From Verrucomicrobiaceae bacterium (GTDB taxonomy: Bacteria; Verrucomicrobiota; Verrucomicrobiia; Verrucomicrobiales; Akkermansiaceae), in assembly GCA_051252135.1 (NCBI GenBank), contig JBPOGH010000016.1, positions 41,282 to 105,281 on the forward strand: 64,000 nucleotides of DNA, given 5' to 3'. Position 1 is the stretch's first letter. The number at the start of each line of letters is the position of its first letter. Shown here piece after piece: positions 20,930 through 31,386 of this stretch. The position numbers and the translations under genes are program-made. A model generated the notes under the pieces. It did not search any database. It was not told the origin of the DNA and saw nothing but the letters and a program-made list of their open reading frames with translations.

Positions 20930-23590
20930 ATGGCCTCATCTCAACAACTCGTGCGCTTCTTCCGCGACTGCCTCCGCGAAGAACGCTCCCGCTCGGGCAT
21001 CCCCAATCTCTTCGCCTCCAGAATCCTCAGCCGACGCTTCATCACCGGCCCCGAAAAAGCCACCGCCCATGAGTTCGCCACCCTCGATCTCATGCCCTCC
21101 GTCAAGGACCCCATCGTCAATTACGCCCAACTCCGCGGACGCAACTCCCAACTCCTCTACGCCACCCTCCCCATCACCGGACAAATCGACGGCAGGACCA
21201 TCGCCGCCCCCCTCCTCCTCTATCCCGTCATCATCGATGACAACGACCTCCGGCTCCAACTCGACGAAGTCCGCATCAACCCCGCCCTCACCTCCCTCTT
21301 CCAGCTCTCCCCCTCGGCCAACAACGATCTCCTCGGCCTCATCCCCGACGGCTCCCTCAACACCGTCTCCCCCACCATCCTCGCCAAGGAACTTCAGCGC
21401 TTCCTTCCCGACCTCGACCTCTCCCCCCTCCACCCGTTCCCCGAACTGCTCGGATCAAAATCCGTCAAGGACGCCTCCCAACGCAAAACACCCTCCATCC
21501 TTCCCGCCTCCGCCCTCGTCCTTGTCGATCGCGCCAACAACGCCGCCGGACTCCTCCAGGAGCTCGATCAACTCTCCCAAATGGACGAGGAAAGCTTCCC
21601 TCCCCCACTCCAGGCCCTCCTTGGAAAAACCTACCCCGAACGCCCCAACTCCGCCCACCGCGGCAATGCCGAATCCATCCCCGCCCTCCTCTCCGCCGCC
21701 CAGCTCAATCTCCTCAACGCCATCAATTCCTTCCCCCTCAGCGTCTGCCAGGGCCCTCCCGGAACCGGAAAAACCTTCTCGCTCGCCGCCTCCGCCACCG
21801 AACAAATCCTGCGCGGCCAATCCGTCCTCATCGCCTGCCGCTCCGACGAAGCCGCCGATGTCCTCCATCAAAAACTCAAAGCCCTCGTCCCCGATTCCCG
21901 CCTCATCGTCCGCGCCGGCCGCCGCGGCCACCTCAAATCCCTCAAGTCAAAAGTAGAACAACTCCTCTCCACCACTTCCATCCCTCCACAACCGACTTCC
22001 GAACCCTCGATCGATCCCCTGATCAAGGAACTCTACAGGCTCGAATCAGACATCCGCCTCAATATCCGCAACGCCCTCTCAAATGGCGACCTCTTCCACA
22101 CCCCTCCCGAATCATGGTGGAAAAAAGCACGGAAATGGCTCCACCTGATCCAACTCAAAAAACAACCCCTCCTCGCCTCCGCCATGGGCCTCTTCTACAA
22201 GCTCCATGACTCCCGCCTCACCCACGCCCACTCCCTCAACAAATCCCTTCACAAAAAACTCCTCCGCCACGCCCTCAACCACGCCACCACCGTATCCACC
22301 CTCCAGGCCTACCGCAAAGCCCTCCGCCACCGCTTCGCCTCAAAACAAGAAGCCGCCCTCCAGGCCATCGACCCCTCCGCCCTCTTCCGCGTCCTCCCGG
22401 TCTGGATCACCACCACCGACGACCTCCACCGCATCCTCCCCTTCAAGCCCGGCCTCTTCGATCTCGCCATCATCGATGAAGCCACCCAATGCGACCTCCC
22501 CTCCGCCCTCCCCCTCCTCTACCGCGCCAAACGGGCCCTCGTCGCAGGCGACCCCAAACAACTCCGGCACCTCTCCTTCATCTCCACCGAAAAACACCAC
22601 TCCCTCGCCAAGGCACACCAACTCTCCCCCTCCGATCAGGAAACCTTCAACTACCGCGACGTCTCCCTCATCGACCGCGCCCTCGACCAAACCATCGGCA
22701 CCTCCGCCTGCTCCTTCCTCAACGAGCACTTCCGCTCCCTCCCCTCCCTCATTCGCTTCAGCAACGACACCTTCTACAACAGCTCCCTCCACCTCATGCG
22801 GGACACCGAGACTCTCCTTCCCCGACCCAACCCCCTCCACATCCACCGCCTCCCGGGCACCCGCGACCACCAAGGAATCAACCTCTCTGAAATCACCGCA
22901 GCCGTCCAAATCTGCGCCGCCGCCTCCGGCAACACCACCCTCGGATTCCTCTCCCCCTTCCGCGCCCAGGTCGACGCCTTCCTCCACACCCTCCAGTCCA
23001 CCCTCACGCCTGACCTCGTCTCCACCCTCATCCACACCCACAAGCTCATCGCCGGCACCAGCCACTCCTTCCAGGGCGATGAACGGGATCACATGATCAT
23101 CTCACTCGCCCTCGATAACAACTCACCCGAGGGCGCCCGCCGCTTCGCCGAACGCGAGGACGTCTTCAATGTCGCCATCACCCGCAGCCGCGAGCGCATG
23201 GACATCCTCCACTCCTTCGATCCCGCACCCCTCCCCACCGACTCGCTCCTCCGGAAATACCTCCACCACCGAATCAACCCCACCACCACCACCCCTCCCC
23301 CTAAAAAAACCTCCCTCGGCGACCTCACCAACACCCTCTCCGCCATCGGCTGGAAACAAATCGCCAAAACCTCCCTCGCCGGAGTCCCCATCGACCTCCT
23401 CATCGAGCGCGACGGACAACTCATCGCCATCGACCTCATCGCCACCCCCGGCGAAGAAGGAGCCGCCGTCTCACTCTCCAAATCCCTCCTCCTCCAACGC
23501 TCCGGCGTCGCCCTTTACCCGCTCCGCATCGACGAATGGCTCCATCGTAAAAACGAAGTCATCGAATTCTTCAACCACCTCCCCGCCTGA
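20930..23590 (+). CDS. Superfamily 1 (DNA2/NAM7-like) helicase with possible C-terminal restriction-endonuclease-like domain
   Basis: QGPPGTGKT, IIDEATQ, GDPKQL, EHFRS, FQGDERD, FNVAITRSR. Confidence 0.88.
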   Translation: MASSQQLVRFFRDCLREERSRSGIPNLFASRILSRRFITGPEKATAHEFATLDLMPSVKDPIVNYAQLRGRNSQLLYATLPITGQIDGRTIAAPLLLYPVIIDDNDLRLQLDEVRINPALTSLFQLSPSANNDLLGLIPDGSLNTVSPTILAKELQRFLPDLDLSPLHPFPELLGSKSVKDASQRKTPSILPASALVLVDRANNAAGLLQELDQLSQMDEESFPPPLQALLGKTYPERPNSAHRGNAESIPALLSAAQLNLLNAINSFPLSVCQGPPGTGKTFSLAASATEQILRGQSVLIACRSDEAADVLHQKLKALVPDSRLIVRAGRRGHLKSLKSKVEQLLSTTSIPPQPTSEPSIDPLIKELYRLESDIRLNIRNALSNGDLFHTPPESWWKKARKWLHLIQLKKQPLLASAMGLFYKLHDSRLTHAHSLNKSLHKKLLRHALNHATTVSTLQAYRKALRHRFASKQEAALQAIDPSALFRVLPVWITTTDDLHRILPFKPGLFDLAIIDEATQCDLPSALPLLYRAKRALVAGDPKQLRHLSFISTEKHHSLAKAHQLSPSDQETFNYRDVSLIDRALDQTIGTSACSFLNEHFRSLPSLIRFSNDTFYNSSLHLMRDTETLLPRPNPLHIHRLPGTRDHQGINLSEITAAVQICAAASGNTTLGFLSPFRAQVDAFLHTLQSTLTPDLVSTLIHTHKLIAGTSHSFQGDERDHMIISLALDNNSPEGARRFAEREDVFNVAITRSRERMDILHSFDPAPLPTDSLLRKYLHHRINPTTTTPPPKKTSLGDLTNTLSAIGWKQIAKTSLAGVPIDLLIERDGQLIAIDLIATPGEEGAAVSLSKSLLLQRSGVALYPLRIDEWLHRKNEVIEFFNHLPA

Positions 23591-23641
23591 TCAGCGGTCC
23601 CTTGGCCACCTTCGCTCCATTCAGGTTGCTTCAGACCGTCT

Positions 23642-25570
23642 CTAAGGCTGAATCTCCACATAATCCCCCACCTGCGTCAGCGAAAAGAGCTTCTTCGCTC
23701 CCGAATAAGGCATCCGGATACAACCGTGCGACGCCGGATAACCCGGCACATGCCCCACATGGAACCCAAAGTCGCTCGCACTCAAACGCTGAAAATACGG
23801 CATCGACGAACCGTAAATCGTCGAGTTCCAGTGACGATACTTGTTCGTCACCACAAACTTCCCCGTCCGCGTCCGGTACCCCCTCTTCCCCGTCGAAATA
23901 CGCGAACTGTAAATCTGCTCCTCGCCATCGAAAACATACGCCCGCTGCTGCGAAAGATCGACCCGCACCCAGATCCCCTCCTTGCCCGGCTTCCGACCCA
24001 GAATCGTCTGCATCATCGGCACATCGCTCCGTCGCGTCGCAAAGGTCAACGGCCACATCCGGTTGTAACGCACCTTCGTCGAGGTCTTCGTCGACGCCCC
24101 ATGCAGGATCAACTGCTGCGCCACCGACACATTCCCCGTATCCGCCGCCAACATCACCGGTGTCAGCCCGCTCGAGTTCTGCAAGGCCCACTTCCCGATC
24201 CCCTTCGTCTCGACCAAATCCAAAAAGAGCTTCTTCGGTCCCCGCCCAAACGGCTTGTTCGCATCCGCACCCATATCCAAAAGCAATCCCGCCATCCGCG
24301 CATCCCCCCGTGCCACCGCCACATGCAGCGGCGTCTGCCCGCTCAAACCCACCGCATCCACCGATGCTCCCGCATCCAGCAATAACTTCGCAATCTCCCA
24401 CTCCCCCGTCCGCACCGCCAAATTCAACGGCGCATCCTGCTTCCCTCCCATACTCCCCGTCGGCGCCGCCCCCGCATCCAGAAGCAACTCCACCGCATAT
24501 CGCCCGTCCCGACCACCCCGCTCCACCGCACGATAAAGCTCATCCTCAATCGGCACCCCGTAACGCAACAGCAGTCGCGCCATCGAGAACAACCGGTTCT
24601 CAAACGCCAACTGCAGCGGTGAAACAGCTGCCCGCTCATGCCCCGACTCCAAATCACCCCGCGCTCCCGATTCCAGCAGCCGGTTCAACAAATCGTAATC
24701 ACGCGAAAGAATCGCCAAATGCACCGGCCGCCACCCGCGCGCATCCGGATCGTCCAGCGACACCCCATACTCCTCCAGAGACGCAAGCACCTCCAGCCGA
24801 CTGCTCGAGATCGCCGCGTGCAACAAAGTCTCATCCCTCTCATTCCGCTCATTCGGATCCACCCCTTGGGAAAGAAGATAACGCAGCACCTCATCCCGCT
24901 CATTCTCAAATGCCGTGTGCAGCAACCTCCGCCCCAACCCCTTTTCCTCACCCAAACGCACCCCCCGCTTCACCAGCTGCTTCAAGACCGAAAGATACCC
25001 GTTCTCCACCGCCAACTCCACCATCGTCTCCCCCATCGGCCCCTCTGATCTTGGACTCGTCCCATTCTCCAGCAAAAGCTGCACCGCTCCCAACTTCCCC
25101 TCCCGCAACGCCTGCACCACCAGCATCCCCCCCGTATCCACCGCCACCGATGGATTCGCCCCGGCTTCCAGTAACGCCACCACCGACGACAAATCATTTC
25201 CCTCCACCGCATACGCCAACGGAGTCCTCCCCGTACTATCCTCCGCTCCCACATCCGCCCCTTTCCGAATCAGCAACGAAACAATCTCACCCTCACCTCG
25301 CACCGATGCAATCATCAACGAAGTCCGCTCAAGTGCGTCCCGGTGATCCACCGGCACATCCAGATCAAGAAGCGCCTTCGCCAACTCACCATCCCCGGCC
25401 TCAATCGCCTCGATCAACGCCTCACCCGTCGCCACCACTTCCCGATCCGCCGCCACATCCAGCGCCGCCTGCCGCTTGCCATCACAACTCGTCAATACCG
25501 GCACCAGCATCAAAAAGAGCCCGCCCATGATACGAATCATCAGATGGTGAAATGTGTCCCTTTGCATCAT
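23642..25570 (-). CDS. Lipoprotein with ankyrin repeats and C-terminal L,D-transpeptidase (YkuD) domain
   Basis: Lipobox LTSC; GRTPL and GQTPLH ankyrin repeats; VDLSQQ, MPYFQRL, HVG...SHGCIR. Confidence 0.88.
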   Translation of the reverse strand: MMQRDTFHHLMIRIMGGLFLMLVPVLTSCDGKRQAALDVAADREVVATGEALIEAIEAGDGELAKALLDLDVPVDHRDALERTSLMIASVRGEGEIVSLLIRKGADVGAEDSTGRTPLAYAVEGNDLSSVVALLEAGANPSVAVDTGGMLVVQALREGKLGAVQLLLENGTSPRSEGPMGETMVELAVENGYLSVLKQLVKRGVRLGEEKGLGRRLLHTAFENERDEVLRYLLSQGVDPNERNERDETLLHAAISSSRLEVLASLEEYGVSLDDPDARGWRPVHLAILSRDYDLLNRLLESGARGDLESGHERAAVSPLQLAFENRLFSMARLLLRYGVPIEDELYRAVERGGRDGRYAVELLLDAGAAPTGSMGGKQDAPLNLAVRTGEWEIAKLLLDAGASVDAVGLSGQTPLHVAVARGDARMAGLLLDMGADANKPFGRGPKKLFLDLVETKGIGKWALQNSSGLTPVMLAADTGNVSVAQQLILHGASTKTSTKVRYNRMWPLTFATRRSDVPMMQTILGRKPGKEGIWVRVDLSQQRAYVFDGEEQIYSSRISTGKRGYRTRTGKFVVTNKYRHWNSTIYGSSMPYFQRLSASDFGFHVGHVPGYPASHGCIRMPYSGAKKLFSLTQVGDYVEIQP

Positions 25571-25827
25571 CCTTCAATCACAAGATTGCCGCGGAGAATA
25601 CCTCAATTCTTTAAAAGGACGATCAAAGTTTACTCTAAAAATATCAGGATGAATCACTCATCATGATATCTTAAATATCTTCCCGGCAGCACGGGACTTG
25701 CCCCGCCCCCCCTCCCGCACTCCGTTAACTTTTTGTTTGATAGACCTTTCCCCATCACCCAACCTGTCCAACAAGTTGCGGTTGAATACTTTATTCGCGG
25801 CATGCAACCCAACCAACAGACCACTCC

Positions 25828-26541
25828 ATGAACATCATTAAATCAATCAGCGCTCTTGCGGCCCTCACCGGCACCGCTTCCGCCATGAGCCTCGCCATCG
25901 ACTTCCAACCCACCGGCGGAACCCTCGCCGCAGGGTACGACGACGTCTTCGAATTCACCAACCAGGACGCGGCAGTCAGCGCCAGCAACAGCTACTCGGC
26001 TTTCGGAGGCACCGTTTTCCTTTCCGCCACCGGTTCCAATCTTCGTGGCAACACAGATTGGCGTGCCGTCACTCGCAACGGAGGAGACTCCGCAACGGAC
26101 GCTGCCAACGATTGGCTCGGTGTCGACGGCCGGGGCCTCCTCGGAGCTTCCTTCGACCTCACCATGACCATGCCCGCTGGAATCTATAACGTTTCCGCTC
26201 TCCTCCATGACGGCGGCGCAGCTTCCACCAACGGAAACATCTGGGGACCCGCCACCTTCTCCCTCACCGATGCCAACGGCACCATCGTAGGCCCCACCGC
26301 AATCAGTGACCAACAAGGCAACTCCCCCTTCGGCGCTTCCCGCTCCACCCTCGATGGAACCATCGTCAGTGATGGAGTCAACCCCATGAGCTTCAGCCTC
26401 TCCACCACCGGAGTCGGCACCGCCAACGGAGCCATCTTCGTCTTCGTCAGCGGCATGACCATCACTTCGGTCCCCGAGCCCTCATCGGCAATCCTCAGCG
26501 TCCTCGCTGTCGCCGGTTTCGGCCTCCGCCGTCGCCGCTAG
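25828..26541 (+). CDS. PEP-CTERM sorting domain protein
   Basis: Signal peptide; VPEPSSAILSVLAVAGFGLRRRR. Confidence 0.9.
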   Translation: MNIIKSISALAALTGTASAMSLAIDFQPTGGTLAAGYDDVFEFTNQDAAVSASNSYSAFGGTVFLSATGSNLRGNTDWRAVTRNGGDSATDAANDWLGVDGRGLLGASFDLTMTMPAGIYNVSALLHDGGAASTNGNIWGPATFSLTDANGTIVGPTAISDQQGNSPFGASRSTLDGTIVSDGVNPMSFSLSTTGVGTANGAIFVFVSGMTITSVPEPSSAILSVLAVAGFGLRRRR

Positions 26542-26563
26542 TCTCACCGATTCCATTTTTCAC

Positions 26564-26598
26564 AAAGCCTGCTCTCCTCACCGAAGGCAGGCTTTTTT
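26564..26598 (+). terminator. Rho-independent terminator between convergent genes
   Basis: AAAGCCTGC...GCAGGCTTTTTT. Confidence 0.7.
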
Positions 26599-26600
26599 CG

Positions 26601-27872
26601 TCACTTCGACCCAAAACAATCCAAGCGCGAACCAATCCGCACATAAAGGTTCCCGTGACCCACCGCCGGAGTCGCATCCACCCACTCGCACTCCGGCCCC
26701 ACCTCCAGCGACGTGCGCGAGATTTCCCGGTAATGATCCCCCACCGCGGCCACCACCATCTGCCCCTCACGGGAAAGACAGTAAAGATTTCCACCCGCCA
26801 GAATCGGCGAAGCATAAAAATTCCCCTTCAGGTTTTGCTTCCACTTCTCCTCCCCGCCCAACGCATCCAGCGCCACCAACGCCCCCCCGTCGGAAAGCGC
26901 ATACACCGTGCTCCCGTCGGAGACCGGAGTCGGCACATAAGGCGTCTTCCCCTTCATCTTCCACACCACCTCCGGCTCCGTCATCCTGCCATTCGCCAGC
27001 ACCGGTGGACGAACCGTGAAATAAACCCCGTTCTTACACCCCGTCGCAATCAGGCTATCCCCGCTCCCGGACCCCGCCAGCACATCAATCGGTGACACAA
27101 TCGTCCGCTCCTTCATCGTCCCCGGCACCGCCCACTGCTCCTTCCCGTCCGCCAAATCAAGCCCCACCACCCCGATGCTCTGCGCCGCCACAATCACCTC
27201 ATAACCCTCACCCGACGCCCGCCTCACCTTCCTGATCAAGGGCGCCACATAGCTCGTCTTCCCCCCCGGAAACGCCGTCTTCCACTGCACCTTCCCGTCC
27301 TTCGTCGAGATCGCCGCCACGTACCCCTCGTTCATATGCAAGTGCGCAATCACCACCCGCTCGCCATGAATCACCGGATGAAGACTCACCCCGTGCTGCG
27401 TCTTCTGGGGCCCCACCTCATAACTCCAGACACTCTTCCCCGTATGGTCATAGGCCGAGAGCATCACCCGCTCCTTCGCCCCGTCATACCAACTCACCAC
27501 CACCAAATCCTCACTCACCGCCGGACTCGCCGCCGCCGTGTTGTTGAACTGATGCAAATGATACTCCCCCACCTGAAAATCCTTCGTCCACTCACTCTCA
27601 CCACTCAACGCATTCACACACACCAAACTCAACACCCCCTTCTCACGATCCTCCCCCGTCACAAACAACTTCTCCCCCCAAATCACCGGAGAACTCGAGC
27701 CATTCCCCGGCAACGCCGCCGACCACTTCAGCGCCGCCCCATCCAGCGTCGTCGCCACCTTCGCCTCCGAGACCCCGCGCCCATCCTCCCCGCGAAACCG
27801 CGGCCACTTCTCAACCCCGTTCACCGACCCCATAAGCACCACCGACCCAAGCAGGAATAACGCTGATTTCAT
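26601..27872 (-). CDS. PQQ-binding-like beta-propeller protein
   Basis: Signal peptide, WPRFRG, SSPVIWG, YVPTPV, YASPI. Confidence 0.88.
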   Translation of the reverse strand: MKSALFLLGSVVLMGSVNGVEKWPRFRGEDGRGVSEAKVATTLDGAALKWSAALPGNGSSSPVIWGEKLFVTGEDREKGVLSLVCVNALSGESEWTKDFQVGEYHLHQFNNTAAASPAVSEDLVVVSWYDGAKERVMLSAYDHTGKSVWSYEVGPQKTQHGVSLHPVIHGERVVIAHLHMNEGYVAAISTKDGKVQWKTAFPGGKTSYVAPLIRKVRRASGEGYEVIVAAQSIGVVGLDLADGKEQWAVPGTMKERTIVSPIDVLAGSGSGDSLIATGCKNGVYFTVRPPVLANGRMTEPEVVWKMKGKTPYVPTPVSDGSTVYALSDGGALVALDALGGEEKWKQNLKGNFYASPILAGGNLYCLSREGQMVVAAVGDHYREISRTSLEVGPECEWVDATPAVGHGNLYVRIGSRLDCFGSK

Positions 27873-27980
27873 CCCCGCTCTCTAGCAGGAAACCCCTCCC
27901 CCAGGCATCAAAAAATCGCCCCCGCAAAAGATCACCAATTTCCCCCTTGAAAGCTCATTGAATCCTAACAGAGTCCCCAA

Positions 27981-28340
27981 ATGTCCGAACTCTCTCAAGC
28001 CGTCAGCATCAATCCCTACTTCAAGGTCCACGAAGGAAAACTCAATGCCTTCAAGGAACTCATGACCCGTTTCGTCGCTCGCACCGCCAACGAAAAAACC
28101 TGCTACTACTACGATTTCACCGTCTGCGGAAACATCGTCTTCTGCCGCGAAGCCTACGCCGGAGCCGAAGGCCTCCTCGCCCACCTCGAAAACGTCGGCG
28201 CCTGCATCGAAGAAGCCCTCACCCTCTCCGAGCTCATCCGCGTCGAAGTCCACGGCCCCTCCGAAGAGATCGCCAAACTCCGCGAACCCCTCGCCGATCT
28301 CGGCCCCGATTTCTTCGAGCACGCCGCCGGCATTGCGTGA
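27981..28340 (+). CDS. Dimeric alpha/beta-barrel (ABM/quinol monooxygenase-like) protein
   Basis: Size and EKTCYYYDF...REAY...LLAHL pattern. Confidence 0.7.
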   Translation: MSELSQAVSINPYFKVHEGKLNAFKELMTRFVARTANEKTCYYYDFTVCGNIVFCREAYAGAEGLLAHLENVGACIEEALTLSELIRVEVHGPSEEIAKLREPLADLGPDFFEHAAGIA

Positions 28341-28367
28341 TCTCCAATTCAGCCTTAAGCTTCCATC

Positions 28368-28643
28368 ATGCCCACGAAGAAGGACATCCAGGACCTCTAC
28401 TTCATGGACGCCCGTTTCAAGCTCCTTGAAATTGCGTCCTTTCTTGATCGCGTAGACCGCCATGAGGGCGACGCCGACTTCCGCCACCCCGCCTTCGCCA
28501 AGGCTCTCGAAGCGATGCAAAACCCACCCGCCGGCACCACCCGTGCCCAGGCCGTCCACCTCGCATTCTCAGACCACTCAACCGAACCCGCGGAAGCCGC
28601 CGGCATCCAATTCGCCTACGGAGCCCATCAAGAGGAAGCTTGA
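28368..28643 (+). CDS. Small hypothetical protein
   Basis: Host-like codon usage; YFMDARFKLLEIASFLDRVDR. Confidence 0.75.
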   Translation: MPTKKDIQDLYFMDARFKLLEIASFLDRVDRHEGDADFRHPAFAKALEAMQNPPAGTTRAQAVHLAFSDHSTEPAEAAGIQFAYGAHQEEA

Positions 28644-28674
28644 AAAGAATCCTTTTTTGTCTAAATTGGATTCC

Positions 28675-28935
28675 ATGAAAACCACGATTGATATTCCCGA
28701 TGACATTCTGGAGGAATCCATGAAGTTTACGGGAGCCAAAACCAAGCGGGACGCCGTCGTCTCCGCCATGGAAACCTACAATCGCCGCGCCCGAGCCGAA
28801 GCCTTCCTCAAACGCATCCAGGACGGCCCTCCCCTCGACTTCCCCTCGAATGACGAGATCGAAGCCGCCGATGTCGCCGAAGCAGACCGCGCCTTCAAAA
28901 ACTTCCACTCAAACCCGGAAACGACGGAAAAATGA
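28675..28935 (+). CDS. vapB: VapB-type antitoxin
   Basis: MKTTIDIPDDILEE...TKRDAV ribbon-helix-helix pattern; ATGA overlap with the PIN gene. Confidence 0.85.
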   Translation: MKTTIDIPDDILEESMKFTGAKTKRDAVVSAMETYNRRARAEAFLKRIQDGPPLDFPSNDEIEAADVAEADRAFKNFHSNPETTEK

Positions 28936-29306
28936 CCCTCGTCGACTCCTCAATATGCGTCGGCTACCTTCGCAAAATCCTCTCGCCGGAAGCCAACACC
29001 AGATTTTCCACCCTCATCCTCGATGGCCACATCGCCATCAATCCCGTCATCTGGGCGGAACTCTACAGCGGCGTCCGCGGAAAAAGAGAAGACCACGAAT
29101 TCAACGACCTCGTCTCCCTCTGCCATCCCCTCAAATTCGATGACGAATGCTGGCAAAAAACGGCCGAAATCAGCCGCCGCTGCATCCGTGCCGGCATCAA
29201 CGTCCCCTTCTCCGATATCCAGATTCAAGCTTGCGCTGACCGCTACCGCATCGAGCTTTTTCACAACGATAAACACTTCGACCTCATCCAATCCCACGCC
29301 TCGTAG
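28932..29306 (+). CDS. vapC: VapC PIN-domain toxin
   Basis: LVDSS, WAEL, SDIQI, HNDKHF PIN acidic residues. Confidence 0.88.
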   Translation: MTLVDSSICVGYLRKILSPEANTRFSTLILDGHIAINPVIWAELYSGVRGKREDHEFNDLVSLCHPLKFDDECWQKTAEISRRCIRAGINVPFSDIQIQACADRYRIELFHNDKHFDLIQSHAS

Positions 29307-29309
29307 CAC

Positions 29310-30107
29310 ATGAAATACATCGAGCCCCACGCCCACATGGTCAGCCGCACCACCGCGGACTACCAGACCATCGCCCAAGTCGGCTGCGAAGCCCTCTGCG
29401 AACCCGCCTTCTGGGCCGGCTTCGATCGCGCCTCCCCCCAAGGCTTCTTCGACTACTACCGCCAACTCACCGAGTACGAGCCCGCCCGCGCCGCCAAGTT
29501 CGGCATCAAGCACTTCTGCTGGCTCTGCATCAACCCCAAGGAAGCCGAAGACCCCGTCTTCGCCCGTGAGGTCATGGCCCTCATCCCCGACTTCATCGAC
29601 AAGCCAAACGTCCTCGGCATCGGCGAAATCGGCCTCAACAAAAACACCAAAAACGAACTCCAGATCTTCGAGGAACACCTCGAAATCGCCAAAAAGTTCG
29701 ACCAGGCCATCCTCATCCACACCCCCCACCTCGAGGACAAACTCAAAGGCACCCGCCTCATCCTCGACGCCCTCAATAACGCGAACGTCGACCGCGACCG
29801 CGTCATCATCGACCACGTCGAAGAACACACCGCCCCCCTCGTCCTCGACGCCGGATACTGGGCCGGCATGACCCTCTACCCGGAATCAAAATGCTCCCCC
29901 GCCCGCGCCATCGACATCCTCGAGACCTTCGGCATGGAACGCATCTGGATGAACTCCGCCTGCGACTGGGGCATCTCCGACCCCCTCGCCGTCATCAAGA
30001 CCGCCCTTGAGATGAAAAAACGCCACCACTCCCCTGAGATCGTCGAAAAAGTCATCTTCGACAACCCCAAGGCCTTCCTCTCCCAGTGCCCCAACTTCTC
30101 GCTTTAG
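29310..30107 (+). CDS. TatD-family hydrolase (EboB-like)
   Basis: EPHAHM, IGEIGL, IHTPH, DHVEE, NSACDWG; adjacent to eboE. Confidence 0.85.
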   Translation: MKYIEPHAHMVSRTTADYQTIAQVGCEALCEPAFWAGFDRASPQGFFDYYRQLTEYEPARAAKFGIKHFCWLCINPKEAEDPVFAREVMALIPDFIDKPNVLGIGEIGLNKNTKNELQIFEEHLEIAKKFDQAILIHTPHLEDKLKGTRLILDALNNANVDRDRVIIDHVEEHTAPLVLDAGYWAGMTLYPESKCSPARAIDILETFGMERIWMNSACDWGISDPLAVIKTALEMKKRHHSPEIVEKVIFDNPKAFLSQCPNFSL

Positions 30108-30145
30108 TCCCTTGCGGCCCTCGCCCCTGACGCTAAAACCCCTGC

Positions 30146-31309
30146 GTGAAGCTCAACGCCCACCAGCACCTCGCCTACTGCACCAACATCCACCCGGCCG
30201 AAACCTGGGAGGAAACACTCCACGTCCTCAAAACGGACGTCCTCGCCGTCCGCGACCGCGTCTCTCCCAATGCCCCCTACGCCATCGGCCTCCGCCTCTC
30301 CGCCCAAGCCGCCCAAGAGCTCATCGGAGACAACGGCACCAACCTCCGCCTCTTCAAAGCCTGGCTCCTCGAGCAAAACTGCTACGTCTTCACCATCAAC
30401 GGATTCCCCTACGGATCCTTCCATGGCACCCGCGTAAAAGAAAAAGTCTACCAGCCCGACTGGACCTCGGAAGACCGCCTCACCTACACCAACAACCTCT
30501 TCGTCATCATCTCCGAGCTCTGCACCGAAGAATCCGGCGGCTCCGTCTCCACCCTCCCCGGCTCCTTTAAAGAGTTCGCCGCCGACGAAAACCTCATCTT
30601 CGCAAACCTCTACGCCTGCGCCCGGCTCATCGAAACCCTCTCCCTCGAGTCCGGCAAAGACCTCCACCTCGGCCTCGAACCCGAACCCCTCGGACACTTC
30701 GAAAACACCGCCGAAACCCTCGCCTTCTTCGAGCGCTTCTTCGCCTGGTGCGCCGACCGCGACCTCCCCACCGAGCGACTCAAAAAACACATCGGCATCA
30801 ACTACGACACCTGTCACTTCGCCCTCGAGTTCGACGACTGCCACCAGTCCCTCAACGCCCTCACCGAAGCCGGCCTCCGCATCTCAAAAATCCACCTCTC
30901 CAACGCCCTCTCCTTCGACCCCCAAAACCCCGAAGCCCTCCAGGCCATCCGCCAATTCGACGAACCCACCTACCTCCACCAGGTCATCCTCAACGACGGA
31001 GAAAATCTCACCCGCCACAAAGACCTCCCCGACTTCTTCTCCTCACTGCCAACCGCCAACTGCCAACTGCCAACTCCGTGCGAAGCACGGTGCCATTTCC
31101 ACATCCCCCTCTACTCCGAGCCCCTCGCCCCCCTCGGATCCACCCTCGACCACGCCGAGGCCGCTCTTGCATTTCTCAAAGAGCACCCCGAAACCTGCCC
31201 CCACCTCGAGATCGAGACCTACACCTGGGGCGTCCTCCCCGATCAACTCCAGCGCCCGCTCACCGACCAAATCAGCGCTGAGTATGAGTGGGTTCTATCC
31301 AATCGATAG
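30146..31309 (+). CDS. eboE: EboE-type TIM-barrel protein
   Basis: YCTNIHPAE, NGFPYG, VYQPDW, LEPEP, YLHQV, HFHIP, LEIETYTW. Confidence 0.85.
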   Translation: MKLNAHQHLAYCTNIHPAETWEETLHVLKTDVLAVRDRVSPNAPYAIGLRLSAQAAQELIGDNGTNLRLFKAWLLEQNCYVFTINGFPYGSFHGTRVKEKVYQPDWTSEDRLTYTNNLFVIISELCTEESGGSVSTLPGSFKEFAADENLIFANLYACARLIETLSLESGKDLHLGLEPEPLGHFENTAETLAFFERFFAWCADRDLPTERLKKHIGINYDTCHFALEFDDCHQSLNALTEAGLRISKIHLSNALSFDPQNPEALQAIRQFDEPTYLHQVILNDGENLTRHKDLPDFFSSLPTANCQLPTPCEARCHFHIPLYSEPLAPLGSTLDHAEAALAFLKEHPETCPHLEIETYTWGVLPDQLQRPLTDQISAEYEWVLSNR

Positions 31310-31386
31310 CCCCGGATCGCCCCCATTCGGCGATCCATCATTTTCACTTGCGCCAACCCCGATACGAGACGAGTGGTCACCACGCC

